Position numbers and translations under genes: made by a program. Shown piece after piece: positions 41,050 to 50,526 of a DNA stretch of 64,000 bases. The notes beneath the pieces are model-generated. The model saw nothing but the letters and a program-made list of their open reading frames with translations, searched no databases and had not been told where the DNA came from. Each line of letters starts with the position of its first letter. Positions within the stretch are counted from its first letter, which is position 1. The DNA comes from an uncultured Verrucomicrobiae bacterium (GTDB lineage Bacteria; Verrucomicrobiota; Verrucomicrobiia; Chthoniobacterales; UBA10450): NCBI GenBank assembly GCA_963726745.1, contig CAVSDR010000006.1, forward strand, positions 832,001-896,000, read 5' to 3'.

Positions 41050-41970
41050 TTAGTCGTAGATCCCGTCGACTTGCCACTGCCCGGCTTCCTCGTGCACCCG
41101 TGCGAGCGCCCCGCTGGCCAGTTGCACATCCCACTCCGCGCGCGCCCAGGCAGCCGTGTCCCACCATTGACCGGAAGCGTGATATGGCCCCTTCCGCTCG
41201 ACCACTTCGCGCAATGCCGGCGCCGCGCCGTGACGAAAACGCCGGAGCACTGGGCCGCTCCCATCTTGCTGGCTAATTTCCCGCGCCTCCGGCAACTCCC
41301 AGCGAAACGCCTCCATCCGGAAAACATCCGGCCGATGCGTATCCTCCAGCACCGGCGTGCCGACGCGTTCCGCGCCGAGCAATCCGGCGAGCCGCGCGAG
41401 CGTCTCCGAAAGCTGCGCTGGGTCGCGCAGCGCGCTTTCGAAAAGGCTGAACTGCTGCCGCACCGGCCGCGTGGGCTGCGCTTCCAGCGCGACCGCGACG
41501 ATCGCCGACTCCGAGGTGAAACCCTCGAGGTGCGCCTGGAGCATGCGGAAGAGCGACTCCTCATCGTTGCTCGGCTGCGGGATTTTAAACAGCCGCTCGT
41601 AGCTCGTCCGATCGTCAAAAAGGAGCCGCAGTTTCAACTCCGCGACCACGAGATATTGCGCGCCCAGCCGCAGCGCGAATTGCTGCAGGAAACGCCGGAG
41701 CATGAAGAGCAGCGGCTCGCTCGTGGAGACCTCGTGCTCGAACTCGAAGCTCTCCGCGAAGACTTCCGGCGGCTCCACCAGGCGGAGCAAACGCGTCGCC
41801 TGGCCGCGGGCCCGTTCCCACATCCGCACCGCCTCCGCGCCCAGGCGTGCGCTCACCTCGGCCCGCGGCAGCCGGGCAAAATCGCCTAACGAATGGAGGC
41901 CCCACTGGTGCAGGAGCGCGATCACCCGGCGAATTTCCGCCGCCCGTTCCGCCTCCTGCTTCGCCGTCAT
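41050..41970 (-). CDS. imuB: ImuB (Y-family polymerase-like) C-terminal half as a stand-alone ORF
   Basis: LLHQWGLHSLGDFARLP thumb/HhH motif, EPLLFMLRR, QFSLF clamp-binding-like motif, GPYHASGQWW, WQVDGIYD; directly upstream of dnaE2. Confidence 0.85.
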   Translation of the reverse strand: MTAKQEAERAAEIRRVIALLHQWGLHSLGDFARLPRAEVSARLGAEAVRMWERARGQATRLLRLVEPPEVFAESFEFEHEVSTSEPLLFMLRRFLQQFALRLGAQYLVVAELKLRLLFDDRTSYERLFKIPQPSNDEESLFRMLQAHLEGFTSESAIVAVALEAQPTRPVRQQFSLFESALRDPAQLSETLARLAGLLGAERVGTPVLEDTHRPDVFRMEAFRWELPEAREISQQDGSGPVLRRFRHGAAPALREVVERKGPYHASGQWWDTAAWARAEWDVQLASGALARVHEEAGQWQVDGIYD

Positions 41971-43928
41971 TGCTTGCGCGCGGCCAGCAGGCGCGCCTTC
42001 GCTTCCGCGGAAAGCGAGGAGCTGTTGATCCAGGCCGCGGCCCGGTTGGCATCCGTGCGCATCCAGGCCGCGGCCAGCGATTCGATCTGGTTGTTGCGCG
42101 TCCCTTCATTACCGATCGTCTCGGCCCATTGCGTGGCGGTCGCGGGATCGGTCGAGACCACGCGCTGCGTGTAGGCCAGGACCGCAGCGTCGCGCGAGGC
42201 GCCGCCGGGCAGGGTCGCCAACCAGGCGCCGGCAGCGTAGGGATCGCTCTGGGCCCAGCGGCTCATCAAGCTTTCAAAGGCTTTGGTGCGCGCCTTCCCC
42301 TCGGCAAAAGTCGCCGCCCAGCGGCTGGCCGCCTGCGGATCGTCGCCGGCCCACTGCCAGGCGATGGTGCCGCTGGCCGCGGTCTGCGCCTCGGCGCTCA
42401 TTTGTGGGATCAATTTCGCGGCTTCGCGCGGATCGGTTTCGGCCACGGAAGCGATCAAGCTCGGAAGCACGGCTTCGCGCGCGGCGGGATCAGTGAGCGT
42501 GGTGGCCCAGCGCAGCGCGGCCTGCGAATCGCTCCGGGCCCACTGGCGGGCGACGTTTTCGAGCAGGCCGTTGCGGCCCTCGGTTTTGCTCGTGCGGAGC
42601 GCAAAATCCGCCGCCGCCTGCGGGTCGGCATCGCTCCATTGGCTGATGATATTAGACAGCGCATTCTGTCGCGCAGTGCCTGCGGGAAGTTTCTGCGCCC
42701 AGGCGACGGCGCTTTGGATATCGCTGTTGGCCAGTTGCCCGGCGACCGCGGCGGTGGCTTCGTCCTGCGTCTTGCCCGCAGGCAGGCTGGCGACATAATC
42801 CGCCGCCGCGGCCGGCTCCGCCTGCACCCAACTGGTGAGGGCAAAACGGAGCGCATTGCGCTGGCCATCGCCCGCAGGAAGCTGCTCGGCCCAGGCGAGC
42901 GCCGCGCGCGCATCGGTCAAGGCCCATTGACGCGCGATGTTGCCCACGGAGGCGTCGCGCACGCTGCCGCCTGGGAGCTCGTTGACCAGCGCGGCCGCGC
43001 GCTGCGGATCCTTGTTCGCCCAGCTCGAGAGAATATTTTGCAGCGCATTGTTCCGGCCTTGGCCTGGCGGAAGCGTGTTCGCCCAGGCGAAAGCGGCCTC
43101 GGCATCCTGGTTGGCCCAATTCGAACCGACCACCTGGATGGCAGCGTCACGGCTGGAACCGGCCGGCAATTGCGTGGCCCGTTCGGCCGCCACCACCGGA
43201 TCAAGCGAGGTCCACTTGCTGAAGATGGGCCAGTAAAGATTCTGCCGGGTGCGCCCGGCCGGGAGCGTCTGGAGGAAATTGAGCGCGCTTTGCGGATCCT
43301 TATCCGCCAGCGCGGAGACGATGGTTTGCATCGCCTGATCGCGCGCCGGGCCCGGCGGAAGTTGCTGCGCCCAAGTGGTCGCGGCCGCGGGATCGTGCTC
43401 CGACCAACCGGAGACGGCGCTTGTGATCGCCCAATTGCGCGAGGTCCCGGGCGTGAGCCCTTGCGCGTAAGCCACCGCAGCTGCGGGATCGAATTCCGCC
43501 CAGCGACCGATGACGAGCGAAACGAGCATGTTTTTATCCTGCGGTTTCTGGAGGCTTTCCACGAAGCCGAGCACTTCGCGCAAATTCTGCGGGCTGATGC
43601 TGTCGGCTAATTTGCTGAAGGTCGCGAAAGTGCGGCGGCTATTTGGCCGGCCAAGCGCGGTCTTCATGCGCGCGACGATGCTGGCCGCGGAAGGGGCGTC
43701 GCCGCTGGTTTCGGCTTCGGCCGCATCCGGGGTCTCCGGCGCGACTGTCGGCTGCGGCGGGGCCACGGGGTGCGGGGTGGAAGTTTTGCCAGCAGCCACG
43801 CTCGCCGTCTTCGGCCCGGCTGCGACCGAGGGCGAAGGCGCCGCGGTGTAACGGCCAAGGATCAAGCCGAGCACAAGCGCCGGAAGCGCAAAGAGACTCG
43901 GGAGAAGGAAACGCTTCACGTCATTCAT
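41967..43928 (-). CDS. membrane-anchored alpha-solenoid protein with about 16 tandem 32-aa repeats
   Basis: N-terminal TM helix, Pro/Ala linker, repeat consensus W...DP.AA..WA..LP.G..R..A. Confidence 0.88.
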   Translation of the reverse strand: MNDVKRFLLPSLFALPALVLGLILGRYTAAPSPSVAAGPKTASVAAGKTSTPHPVAPPQPTVAPETPDAAEAETSGDAPSAASIVARMKTALGRPNSRRTFATFSKLADSISPQNLREVLGFVESLQKPQDKNMLVSLVIGRWAEFDPAAAVAYAQGLTPGTSRNWAITSAVSGWSEHDPAAATTWAQQLPPGPARDQAMQTIVSALADKDPQSALNFLQTLPAGRTRQNLYWPIFSKWTSLDPVVAAERATQLPAGSSRDAAIQVVGSNWANQDAEAAFAWANTLPPGQGRNNALQNILSSWANKDPQRAAALVNELPGGSVRDASVGNIARQWALTDARAALAWAEQLPAGDGQRNALRFALTSWVQAEPAAAADYVASLPAGKTQDEATAAVAGQLANSDIQSAVAWAQKLPAGTARQNALSNIISQWSDADPQAAADFALRTSKTEGRNGLLENVARQWARSDSQAALRWATTLTDPAAREAVLPSLIASVAETDPREAAKLIPQMSAEAQTAASGTIAWQWAGDDPQAASRWAATFAEGKARTKAFESLMSRWAQSDPYAAGAWLATLPGGASRDAAVLAYTQRVVSTDPATATQWAETIGNEGTRNNQIESLAAAWMRTDANRAAAWINSSSLSAEAKARLLAARKQ

Positions 43929-43947
43929 ATAGGCAGGGGGTTGGATA

Positions 43948-43961
43948 TGTTCAAGTGATCG
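43948..43961. promoter_or_regulatory. putative LexA box (2 mismatches) upstream of the repeat protein-imuB(C)-dnaE2 operon
   Basis: TGTTC-AAGT-GATCG, 20-33 bp upstream of ATG 43928; shares 14 identical bp with the imuA box. Confidence 0.6.
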
Positions 43962-44030
43962 TATGCAAGTCCGACGATCAAAGGACGAAAGTAAGACACC
44001 CTTCCCAAGCCATCGGTTCAGCCGAGGCGC

Positions 44031-46013
44031 CTAGATCACCTTCACTGGACAAGCCGGGAGCGCTTTCAAGAACGCCCGGCCATACGGCTTGGTCACGATC
44101 CGGTTGTCTAAAATAACCACGATGCCCTTGTCGCTCCGCGTGCGAATGAGGCGTCCGACACCTTGCCGCAATTTTAGGATCGCCTCCGGGAGCGAGTATT
44201 CGCTAAAGGCGTCGCCGCCGCGTTCCTGGATCAACTCCAGCTTCGCTTCGATGAGCGGATGATCCGGAACCGCGAAGGGCAGGCGCGTGATGATCACATT
44301 CGAGAGCGCCTCGCCGGGCACATCCACGCCCATCCAAAAACTGTCCGTGCCGAAGAGCACGCTGCGCTCGGTGGTCTTGAAAAGCTCGAGCAATTTCCCC
44401 CGCGGCGCGCCCTGGCCCTGCACGAAAAGATTCATCTTCCGGCTGGCAAAGAAGGGCTGCATCTCGTCGGCTAATTGCTGCATCCCGCGGTAGCTGGTGA
44501 AGAGGACGAAGGCGCGGCCATCGGTTTCCTCGACGAAGCGGCCGACCCATTCCGCGAGCGCGCCGGTGTAAGCGGCGTCGCGCGGATCGGGCATCTTCTG
44601 CACGAGGAAGAGCTTCATCTGCTCCTCGAAATCGAACGGGCTTCCAAGCTGGAGCGCGGTCGCCTCCATCGCGCCCACGCGCCGGCGGAAATAGGCGAGA
44701 TCTTTCTGTCCCACGGCGAGGGTCGCGCTGGTCATGATCGTGCAACACCCATCGCGGAAAAGCATCCGCTGCAGGACTGGCGCGATGTCAATCGGCGCGG
44801 CATTCAGCGAGATGAACTGCGCCGCTTTCCCGGTGCGTTCGACCCAGTAGACGTGGCCGTATTCGCTCTGCTCGAGGAAGGCGGTGATGTCGAGGCGCGC
44901 GCCGCTCACGCGCCGGCCGAGTTCCTGGAGCTCGGCCTTGAGGAACTCGTCCTCGGTTCGCTTGACCACGTCCATGATCCGGACCTGGAGCGCGGCCAGG
45001 CGCGGGCTGATCGTATCCGGGACAAACTCTGGCGCGCGCACGCGCACTTCGCGGCCTTTCCGGAACTCCGCGCGCGTCCCCACGGCCTCGAAGAATTTCT
45101 CCAAGTCGTCGGCTAATTCCGCAGCCAGGGTCACGCCGGCGGCATCGCGCGTGACCGTGAAAAGGCCTTTGCGCGTGCGCGCATTGTAGAGCCGCTGCAC
45201 GGTCGAACGCAGGCCGTATTGCGACACCGAAAGCCCGATCTGGCGCGAGGCAATCTGCTCGACGGTGTGCGCTTCGTCGAAGATCAGGAAATCATTCGGG
45301 AAAAGGTAACCGCTCTCGCGCTCCTCCTGTTCCTCGAGGCTGCCGAGGAGCATGAAGAGGAGCGTGTGATTGACCACGATCACATCCGCGGTCTGGAGGC
45401 GTTTGCGCGCTTGCTGGAAGAAACAGTTCGAGTTGAGGCCGCAAGTTTTGGCGGTGCAGATGTGCGCCTCGCTGCAAACCTGCGCCCAGACTTTCGGGTC
45501 GGGCTCGATCGCGAGATCGCTCAGTGACCCATCGCTGGTGCGCGCGGCCCATTCCGCCAGGCGGACCAATTCCGTTTGCTCGCTCGTGGTGAAAAGCTCG
45601 CCGGCCTGCTGCAGCGCTCGCTCCAGCCGGCGCGGGCAAAGGTAATTTTGCCGGCCCTTCATCAGCGCGGCTTCAAACTCAATCGGCAGGATCTTCTTCA
45701 GGATTGGGATGTCCTTGTAGAGGAGCTGCTCCTGAAGATTGATCGTGTGCGTGGAGATGACGGCTTTCATCGTCTGCTCCTTCGCGTGCAGGATTGCCGG
45801 GACGAGGTAGGCCATCGATTTGCCGACACCGGTGCCGGCCTCGACCACCAGGTGCCGTTCTTCCTCGAGGGCGTGGGCGACGGCCACCGCCATGTCCTGT
45901 TGCTCGGCGCGATATTCGAAATTCTTCGCTTTCGCCAGGAGGCCATCGTGCGCAAAAATACCGCGCACGCGCTCAACGAAGTCGCTCCCGAGATGCTCCC
46001 GGAGGGCGATCAT
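44031..46013 (-). CDS. ATP-dependent DNA helicase, DinG/YoaA family
   Basis: EAGTGVGKS, KGRQNYLC plus Fe-S Cys cluster, VVNH, DEAH, TSATL, LFTSY, FWMGVDVPG, QGVGRLIR. Confidence 0.92.
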   Translation of the reverse strand: MIALREHLGSDFVERVRGIFAHDGLLAKAKNFEYRAEQQDMAVAVAHALEEERHLVVEAGTGVGKSMAYLVPAILHAKEQTMKAVISTHTINLQEQLLYKDIPILKKILPIEFEAALMKGRQNYLCPRRLERALQQAGELFTTSEQTELVRLAEWAARTSDGSLSDLAIEPDPKVWAQVCSEAHICTAKTCGLNSNCFFQQARKRLQTADVIVVNHTLLFMLLGSLEEQEERESGYLFPNDFLIFDEAHTVEQIASRQIGLSVSQYGLRSTVQRLYNARTRKGLFTVTRDAAGVTLAAELADDLEKFFEAVGTRAEFRKGREVRVRAPEFVPDTISPRLAALQVRIMDVVKRTEDEFLKAELQELGRRVSGARLDITAFLEQSEYGHVYWVERTGKAAQFISLNAAPIDIAPVLQRMLFRDGCCTIMTSATLAVGQKDLAYFRRRVGAMEATALQLGSPFDFEEQMKLFLVQKMPDPRDAAYTGALAEWVGRFVEETDGRAFVLFTSYRGMQQLADEMQPFFASRKMNLFVQGQGAPRGKLLELFKTTERSVLFGTDSFWMGVDVPGEALSNVIITRLPFAVPDHPLIEAKLELIQERGGDAFSEYSLPEAILKLRQGVGRLIRTRSDKGIVVILDNRIVTKPYGRAFLKALPACPVKVI

Positions 46014-46091
46014 GAGATTTGCACTTTGCGGTCGACCATGGAGCCGTGATCTTAAGCCGCTTATCGCCTTCCGACATTCGCAATTTCGCCT

Positions 46092-47237
46092 GTGAGACTG
46101 CTCGATTTTTATGTGCTGCGGAATTTTCTCCGGGCGTACTTTTATTGCATCGCAGCCTTTCTCGCGGTCTGGCTGGTCTTCGACATCAGCGACAAGATTT
46201 CCACCTTCCTGGACGAAAGTGTCTCGGTGATCTCGGTGGCGCACTACTACCTCACGCAGGCTCCGGAAATCATTGTCATTGTCCTGCCGATTGCGCTCCT
46301 GCTGGCGCTCCTTTTTTCCCTTAGCCGAATGTCGCGCTCGAATGAGATCGTCTCGATGCTCACCGCCGGGATCAGCATCCCGCGCTTGCTGGTGCCGCTG
46401 TTCGCGGCCGGCCTGGCCACGACTGCGCTCAGTGCCGCGCTAAATTTTGCCCTCTCGCCGCACGCCGAGCAGGCGCGCAAGGCCTACTTCGAGGAGATGC
46501 GCGACGAGTCGCGCGGCGCGATGGCGATGGGCCAGATTTTTCGCAATCGCTCGGGCAATCGCACCTGGTTTATCCAGCGCTTTAACGCGACCACCAACGA
46601 GTTTGTCACCCTGCAAGTCCTGCAGCAGGACGCCAACGACAACATCGTCACAAATTACCTCGCGACCTCGGCGACCTATGAACCGGCCGCCCGCGCCTGG
46701 CAGCTGCGCGGCGTGAAAGTGGTGCACTACGACGCGGAGGGAAACATCGCCGGCGAAGAGAATCGCGCCCAACTGCTGGTGCACGACTGGGACGAAACCC
46801 CTTTCCGGCTCGCCAGCTCGAACATGCGCGCAGAATACCTGAGCGTGCCCGAGCTGCGCGATTACCTGCGCTACAATGCCGACTTCCCGCGCACCCTGCT
46901 CGCGCCCTTCGCCACCCACCTGCACTATCGGCTGGCACTTCCGCTGACCTGTTTGATTGTGGTCCTGATCGCGTCGCCGCTCGCGATCGGCTTCTCACGC
47001 AAGGGCGTCCTCTCGAGCGTGGCTGCGGCCATCGGGCTGATTTTCTTCATGAACTTCCTCACGCATTTCTTTCTCGCGCTGGGCGAAGGCGCGCGTATCG
47101 CCCCGTGGGCCGCCGCTTGGACGCCGAACCTCCTGTTTGCGATCGTTGGCGTGATTTTGCTTTATCTACGCTCGAGTAATCGCGAAGCGCGGGAGCTCTT
47201 CTCCGTGCGCGCATCTCCGCATCCGGCACGCGCATGA
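46092..47237 (+). CDS. LptF/LptG family LPS export permease
   Basis: LDFYVLRNF, LP.ALL...L..MSRSNEI..M..AGIS, AAWTPN; 3+3 TM layout. Confidence 0.9.
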   Translation: MRLLDFYVLRNFLRAYFYCIAAFLAVWLVFDISDKISTFLDESVSVISVAHYYLTQAPEIIVIVLPIALLLALLFSLSRMSRSNEIVSMLTAGISIPRLLVPLFAAGLATTALSAALNFALSPHAEQARKAYFEEMRDESRGAMAMGQIFRNRSGNRTWFIQRFNATTNEFVTLQVLQQDANDNIVTNYLATSATYEPAARAWQLRGVKVVHYDAEGNIAGEENRAQLLVHDWDETPFRLASSNMRAEYLSVPELRDYLRYNADFPRTLLAPFATHLHYRLALPLTCLIVVLIASPLAIGFSRKGVLSSVAAAIGLIFFMNFLTHFFLALGEGARIAPWAAAWTPNLLFAIVGVILLYLRSSNREARELFSVRASPHPARA

Positions 47238-47734
47238 ATCCGCTGGCAAACGACTGGCCGATCAAACACCGCGCAGAAGTTTGCGCAGCCACCGGCCGCC
47301 CGTTCGAGCCGGGCGAACTATTTTACACGCTCCTTTTCCGCGAAGGTGCGGGCTATCGCCGCGAAGACTTGAGCGAGGAAGGCTGGGCCGCGCGCAACGA
47401 AAACATCCGCCCGTTTTCGTTTTGGAAAACCCGCTACGAGCCGCCACCCGCGGTCCCGCCGGAACCGCTGGCCAAAGAGAACGCCGAGGAGCTGCTCCGT
47501 CGCCTCCTGGGCGAGAGCGCGCAGCCGAATGCCTGCTACGTGCTCGCGGCCATGCTCGAGCGGAAACGCATCCTGAAGCCGATCAAGACCGAGCCGGCGG
47601 ACAACGGCCGCCGGGTGCTCATTTACGAACACGCCAAAACCGGCGAAGTCTTCCTGGTCCCGGATGTGGAGCTTAAGCTCGACGAGCTCGAAGCGGTCCA
47701 GAGCGAGGTCGCGCAACTCATGCAGGCGGTCTAA
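47234..47734 (+). CDS. conserved hypothetical protein
   Basis: ATGA overlap with the upstream gene; C..TGRPF, R.D.S.E.W, SFWKT, YVLAAMLERKRILK. Confidence 0.75.
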   Translation: MNPLANDWPIKHRAEVCAATGRPFEPGELFYTLLFREGAGYRREDLSEEGWAARNENIRPFSFWKTRYEPPPAVPPEPLAKENAEELLRRLLGESAQPNACYVLAAMLERKRILKPIKTEPADNGRRVLIYEHAKTGEVFLVPDVELKLDELEAVQSEVAQLMQAV

Positions 47735-47743
47735 CGAATCGAA

Positions 47744-48745
47744 ATGCACTCCTTGCTGCCATGGTTCGCCGGCGGGCACTTCCCGCTTTACCTCGCCCCC
47801 ATGGCCGGGATCTCGGATAAAATTTTCCGCCAGCTTTGCAAGGAATACGGCGCCGACGTTCTTGTGACCGAGTTTGTTTCTTCGGAAGGCGTCTTCCGGC
47901 GGAACGAGCGCACGCGCGAGTATCTCGACTTCGACGAGGTCGAGCGTCCGCTCGGCGTCCAGCTTTTCGGCGCCAATCCCGAGCACATGGCCGAAGCCGC
48001 GCGGCAGGTGATCGACTGGGTGCGGCCCGATTTCATCGACCTGAACTTTGGCTGCCCGGTTAACAAAGTGGTGTCTAAAAATGGCGGGAGCGCGCTGCTC
48101 AAGGATTGCCCCACGCTTGCCGCCGTGGCCAGCGCCGTCGTGCGCGCGGCGGCGCCCATGCCTGTGACCGCGAAGATCCGCATCGGCTGGGACGCGCAAT
48201 CGGTCAACGCCGCAGGCGTCGCGCGCATCCTGGAGGATCTCGGGATTGCCGCGATCGCGGTCCACGGCCGCACGCGCGCGCAGGGTTACTCCGGCGAGGC
48301 GGATTGGAAAGTCATCGGCGAAGTCGCCGAAGCCGTGCGCGTGCCGGTGATCGGCAACGGCGACATCACCTGCGCCGAGGATGTCCTGCGTCGACGCGCA
48401 GAGACGAAAGTAGCCGGCGTGATGATCGGCCGCGCGGCCATGTGTGCGCCGTGGATTTTCCAGCAGATCAAACGCGAATTCGCCGCTGGCGGTCCGCTGC
48501 CCGCGCCCGAGCTGACCGAGCGCTGGGAGGTGATCGCGCGCCATTGCCGTTTGGTGGTCGAGGATTGGCAAAACGAAGACGCCGCCATGCGCTCGATGCG
48601 CGCGCGCTTGATGGCTTATTCAAAGGGCTTTCCCGCGAGCAAAGCGCTGCGCGAGAAATTCCAGCACATCACTCGTCTCGCCGAGCTCGACGCGATCGCA
48701 CAGGAGCACATCGCGACGCACGCTGCGGTGGCCGTCTTGCCCTAG
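47744..48745 (+). CDS. dusB: tRNA-dihydrouridine synthase B
   Basis: LAPMAG, DLNFGCP, KIRIGWD, VHGRT, IGNGDI, GVMIGR. Confidence 0.92.
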   Translation: MHSLLPWFAGGHFPLYLAPMAGISDKIFRQLCKEYGADVLVTEFVSSEGVFRRNERTREYLDFDEVERPLGVQLFGANPEHMAEAARQVIDWVRPDFIDLNFGCPVNKVVSKNGGSALLKDCPTLAAVASAVVRAAAPMPVTAKIRIGWDAQSVNAAGVARILEDLGIAAIAVHGRTRAQGYSGEADWKVIGEVAEAVRVPVIGNGDITCAEDVLRRRAETKVAGVMIGRAAMCAPWIFQQIKREFAAGGPLPAPELTERWEVIARHCRLVVEDWQNEDAAMRSMRARLMAYSKGFPASKALREKFQHITRLAELDAIAQEHIATHAAVAVLP

Positions 48746-48770
48746 GGGCGTGCGCCCGTTACCTTCCCCC

Positions 48771-49151
48771 GTGTCTGCGACTGCGACCCCGCCCACCGGC
48801 CTTAACTACAAGATCGGCAACGAACGCCTGATCAAGGTGACGGAAAACGCTGCCCGGAAACTCCTCGGCCTCCTGCAGAAACAAGGCCGCCCGCAGGGCG
48901 CCCTGCGCGTTGCCGTCATCGGCGGCGGCTGCTCCGGATTGCAATACAAGATGGACCTGGTCGATGGCCCGCTGAATCGCGACATCATGGTCCAATCCGC
49001 CGAGGTGCGCGTGGTGGTCGATCCGAAGAGCGCGCTTTTTGTCAGCGGCTCGCTGCTCGACTTTAGCGACGACCTGCAGAAGGGCGGCTTCAAAGTCACG
49101 AATCCGAACGCGGTCGCGCATTGCTCCTGCGGCGAAAGCTTCGCGGCATGA
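48771..49151 (+). CDS. Fe-S cluster assembly accessory protein (IscA/ErpA/HesB)
   Basis: GGGCSGLQY, NPNA..CSCGESF; start uncertain (GTG 48750 or 48771). Confidence 0.9.
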   Translation: MSATATPPTGLNYKIGNERLIKVTENAARKLLGLLQKQGRPQGALRVAVIGGGCSGLQYKMDLVDGPLNRDIMVQSAEVRVVVDPKSALFVSGSLLDFSDDLQKGGFKVTNPNAVAHCSCGESFAA

Positions 49152-49700
49152 CCGATTACTTCGCGCTGCTCTCGCAGCCGCGCGGCCCGTGGCTCGATCC
49201 GGAGGAATTGAAGGAAGGCTTTCCATGCGCGTAGCCGGCAACTTCATCCCGACGTGAGTGGGAAGGCGGGCGAATTCGCGGAGGTGAACGAAGCCTACCA
49301 GGTGCTGCGCGAACCAAAGCGCCGCTTGCAGCATTTGCTTGCGCTCGAAGATGCCGAGCCGCCGCGCGCTGCCGCGGTCCCGAGGGAAATTGCCGACCTC
49401 TTCCCGCGCGTGGCCACGCTGATGCACGCCGCCGCAGCCGCGCTCGAGCAGCGCGCCCGCGCGGGCAACGCGCTTAACATCTCGCTGGCTAAAACGGCGG
49501 CGCTGCAGACCGGCGGCGAGATTGCCGCGCAACTCGAACAACTCCGCGCGCAGCAAGCCGCCGCGTTGGAGGAGTTGCGCCAGCGAAGCCATGGCTGGGA
49601 GGCACAGCTCCCGGCGTTGCAGCAGCTCTACCTTGCGCTCTCCTACCTCACACGCTGGATCGCGGAGCTGGAGGAAAAAGCGCTCCAACTCGCGAATTAG
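49148..49700 (+). CDS. HscB-like J-domain co-chaperone; frameshift near 49218
   Basis: MTDYFALLSQPR.PWLD.EELKE, then next frame FHARSRQLHPD...VNEAYQVL..P..RL.HLL. Confidence 0.75.
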
Positions 49701-49706
49701 CCAGCA

Positions 49707-49720
49707 CGTTCATTTGAACT
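49707..49720. promoter_or_regulatory. putative LexA box upstream of lexA
   Basis: CGTTC-ATTT-GAACT, 2 mismatches to TGTTC-N4-GAACA. Confidence 0.55.
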
Positions 49721-49753
49721 TGCAGCACTCGTTATTCTCCGCATAATTCCGCC

Positions 49754-50392
49754 GTGCTCACCGAACGCCAGCAAGACGTGCTCGGCTTCATCCAGTCCGA
49801 ACAACGCGAACGCGGTTTCACCCCCAGCACGCGCGAAATCCAGAAGCATTTCGGCTTCGCCAGCCAGACGTCGGTCATGCAATACCTCGACGTCCTGCAG
49901 CGGAAAGGCTTTCTCGATCGCCACGCGCGCAAGGCCCGCGCCTTGATCACGCCGGTCTCGAAGGTGCGCATCACGGACATCCCGATCTACGGCCAGATTC
50001 CCGCGGGCATGGCCACGGCCACGGAGGAGGCGATCGAGGGACACATCTCGCTCGATGCGCGCACGGCCAATACTTCGAAAAACAGCCGCACGTTCGCGCT
50101 CCGCGTGCGCGGCGATTCCATGATCGAGGCGCATATTTTAGACGGCGACTTGGTCATCCTCGAGGACCGGAAGGAAGTGCAGAATGGCGACATCGTGGCG
50201 GCCTTGATCGATGGGGAGACGACCTTGAAGCGCTACGTGGTCGATCACGGCCGCCCGTATTTGAAGGCGGAGAATCCGCTCTACCCGGACCTCGTGCCGG
50301 CGCGGGAGTTGCGCATCCAGGGCGTGATGGTCTCGCTGGTGCGCCAGCAGGCCGCGCCGCAGCGGGCCGCGCGGCGCAAAAGCGCTGGCTAA
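49754..50392 (+). CDS. lexA: SOS repressor LexA
   Basis: LTERQ..VL.FI, P.TREI wHTH, IPAG cleavage site, RVRGDSM and TTLKR catalytic Ser/Lys. Confidence 0.95.
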   Translation: MLTERQQDVLGFIQSEQRERGFTPSTREIQKHFGFASQTSVMQYLDVLQRKGFLDRHARKARALITPVSKVRITDIPIYGQIPAGMATATEEAIEGHISLDARTANTSKNSRTFALRVRGDSMIEAHILDGDLVILEDRKEVQNGDIVAALIDGETTLKRYVVDHGRPYLKAENPLYPDLVPARELRIQGVMVSLVRQQAAPQRAARRKSAG

Positions 50393-50485
50393 TTTTCGCG
50401 GGCCGGCCGTTGGACTGCTGGCGTGCATCCGTGGCGGTTCGCCGCGCTTAATCGAAACGCTTTTATACTCTCCAGCCAGGCGATG

Positions 50486-50499
50486 TGTTCACTTGAACA
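50486..50499. promoter_or_regulatory. LexA box (Verrucomicrobia-type consensus)
   Basis: Perfect TGTTC-ACTT-GAACA upstream of imuA. Confidence 0.85.
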
Positions 50500-50526
50500 T
50501 ATTCGCTCGCAATGCCACGCTGGTTC

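Noticed and set aside
46013..46092. LexA box upstream of the DinG-like helicase
   Set aside because: No TGTTC-N4-GAACA-like sequence in the intergenic region.
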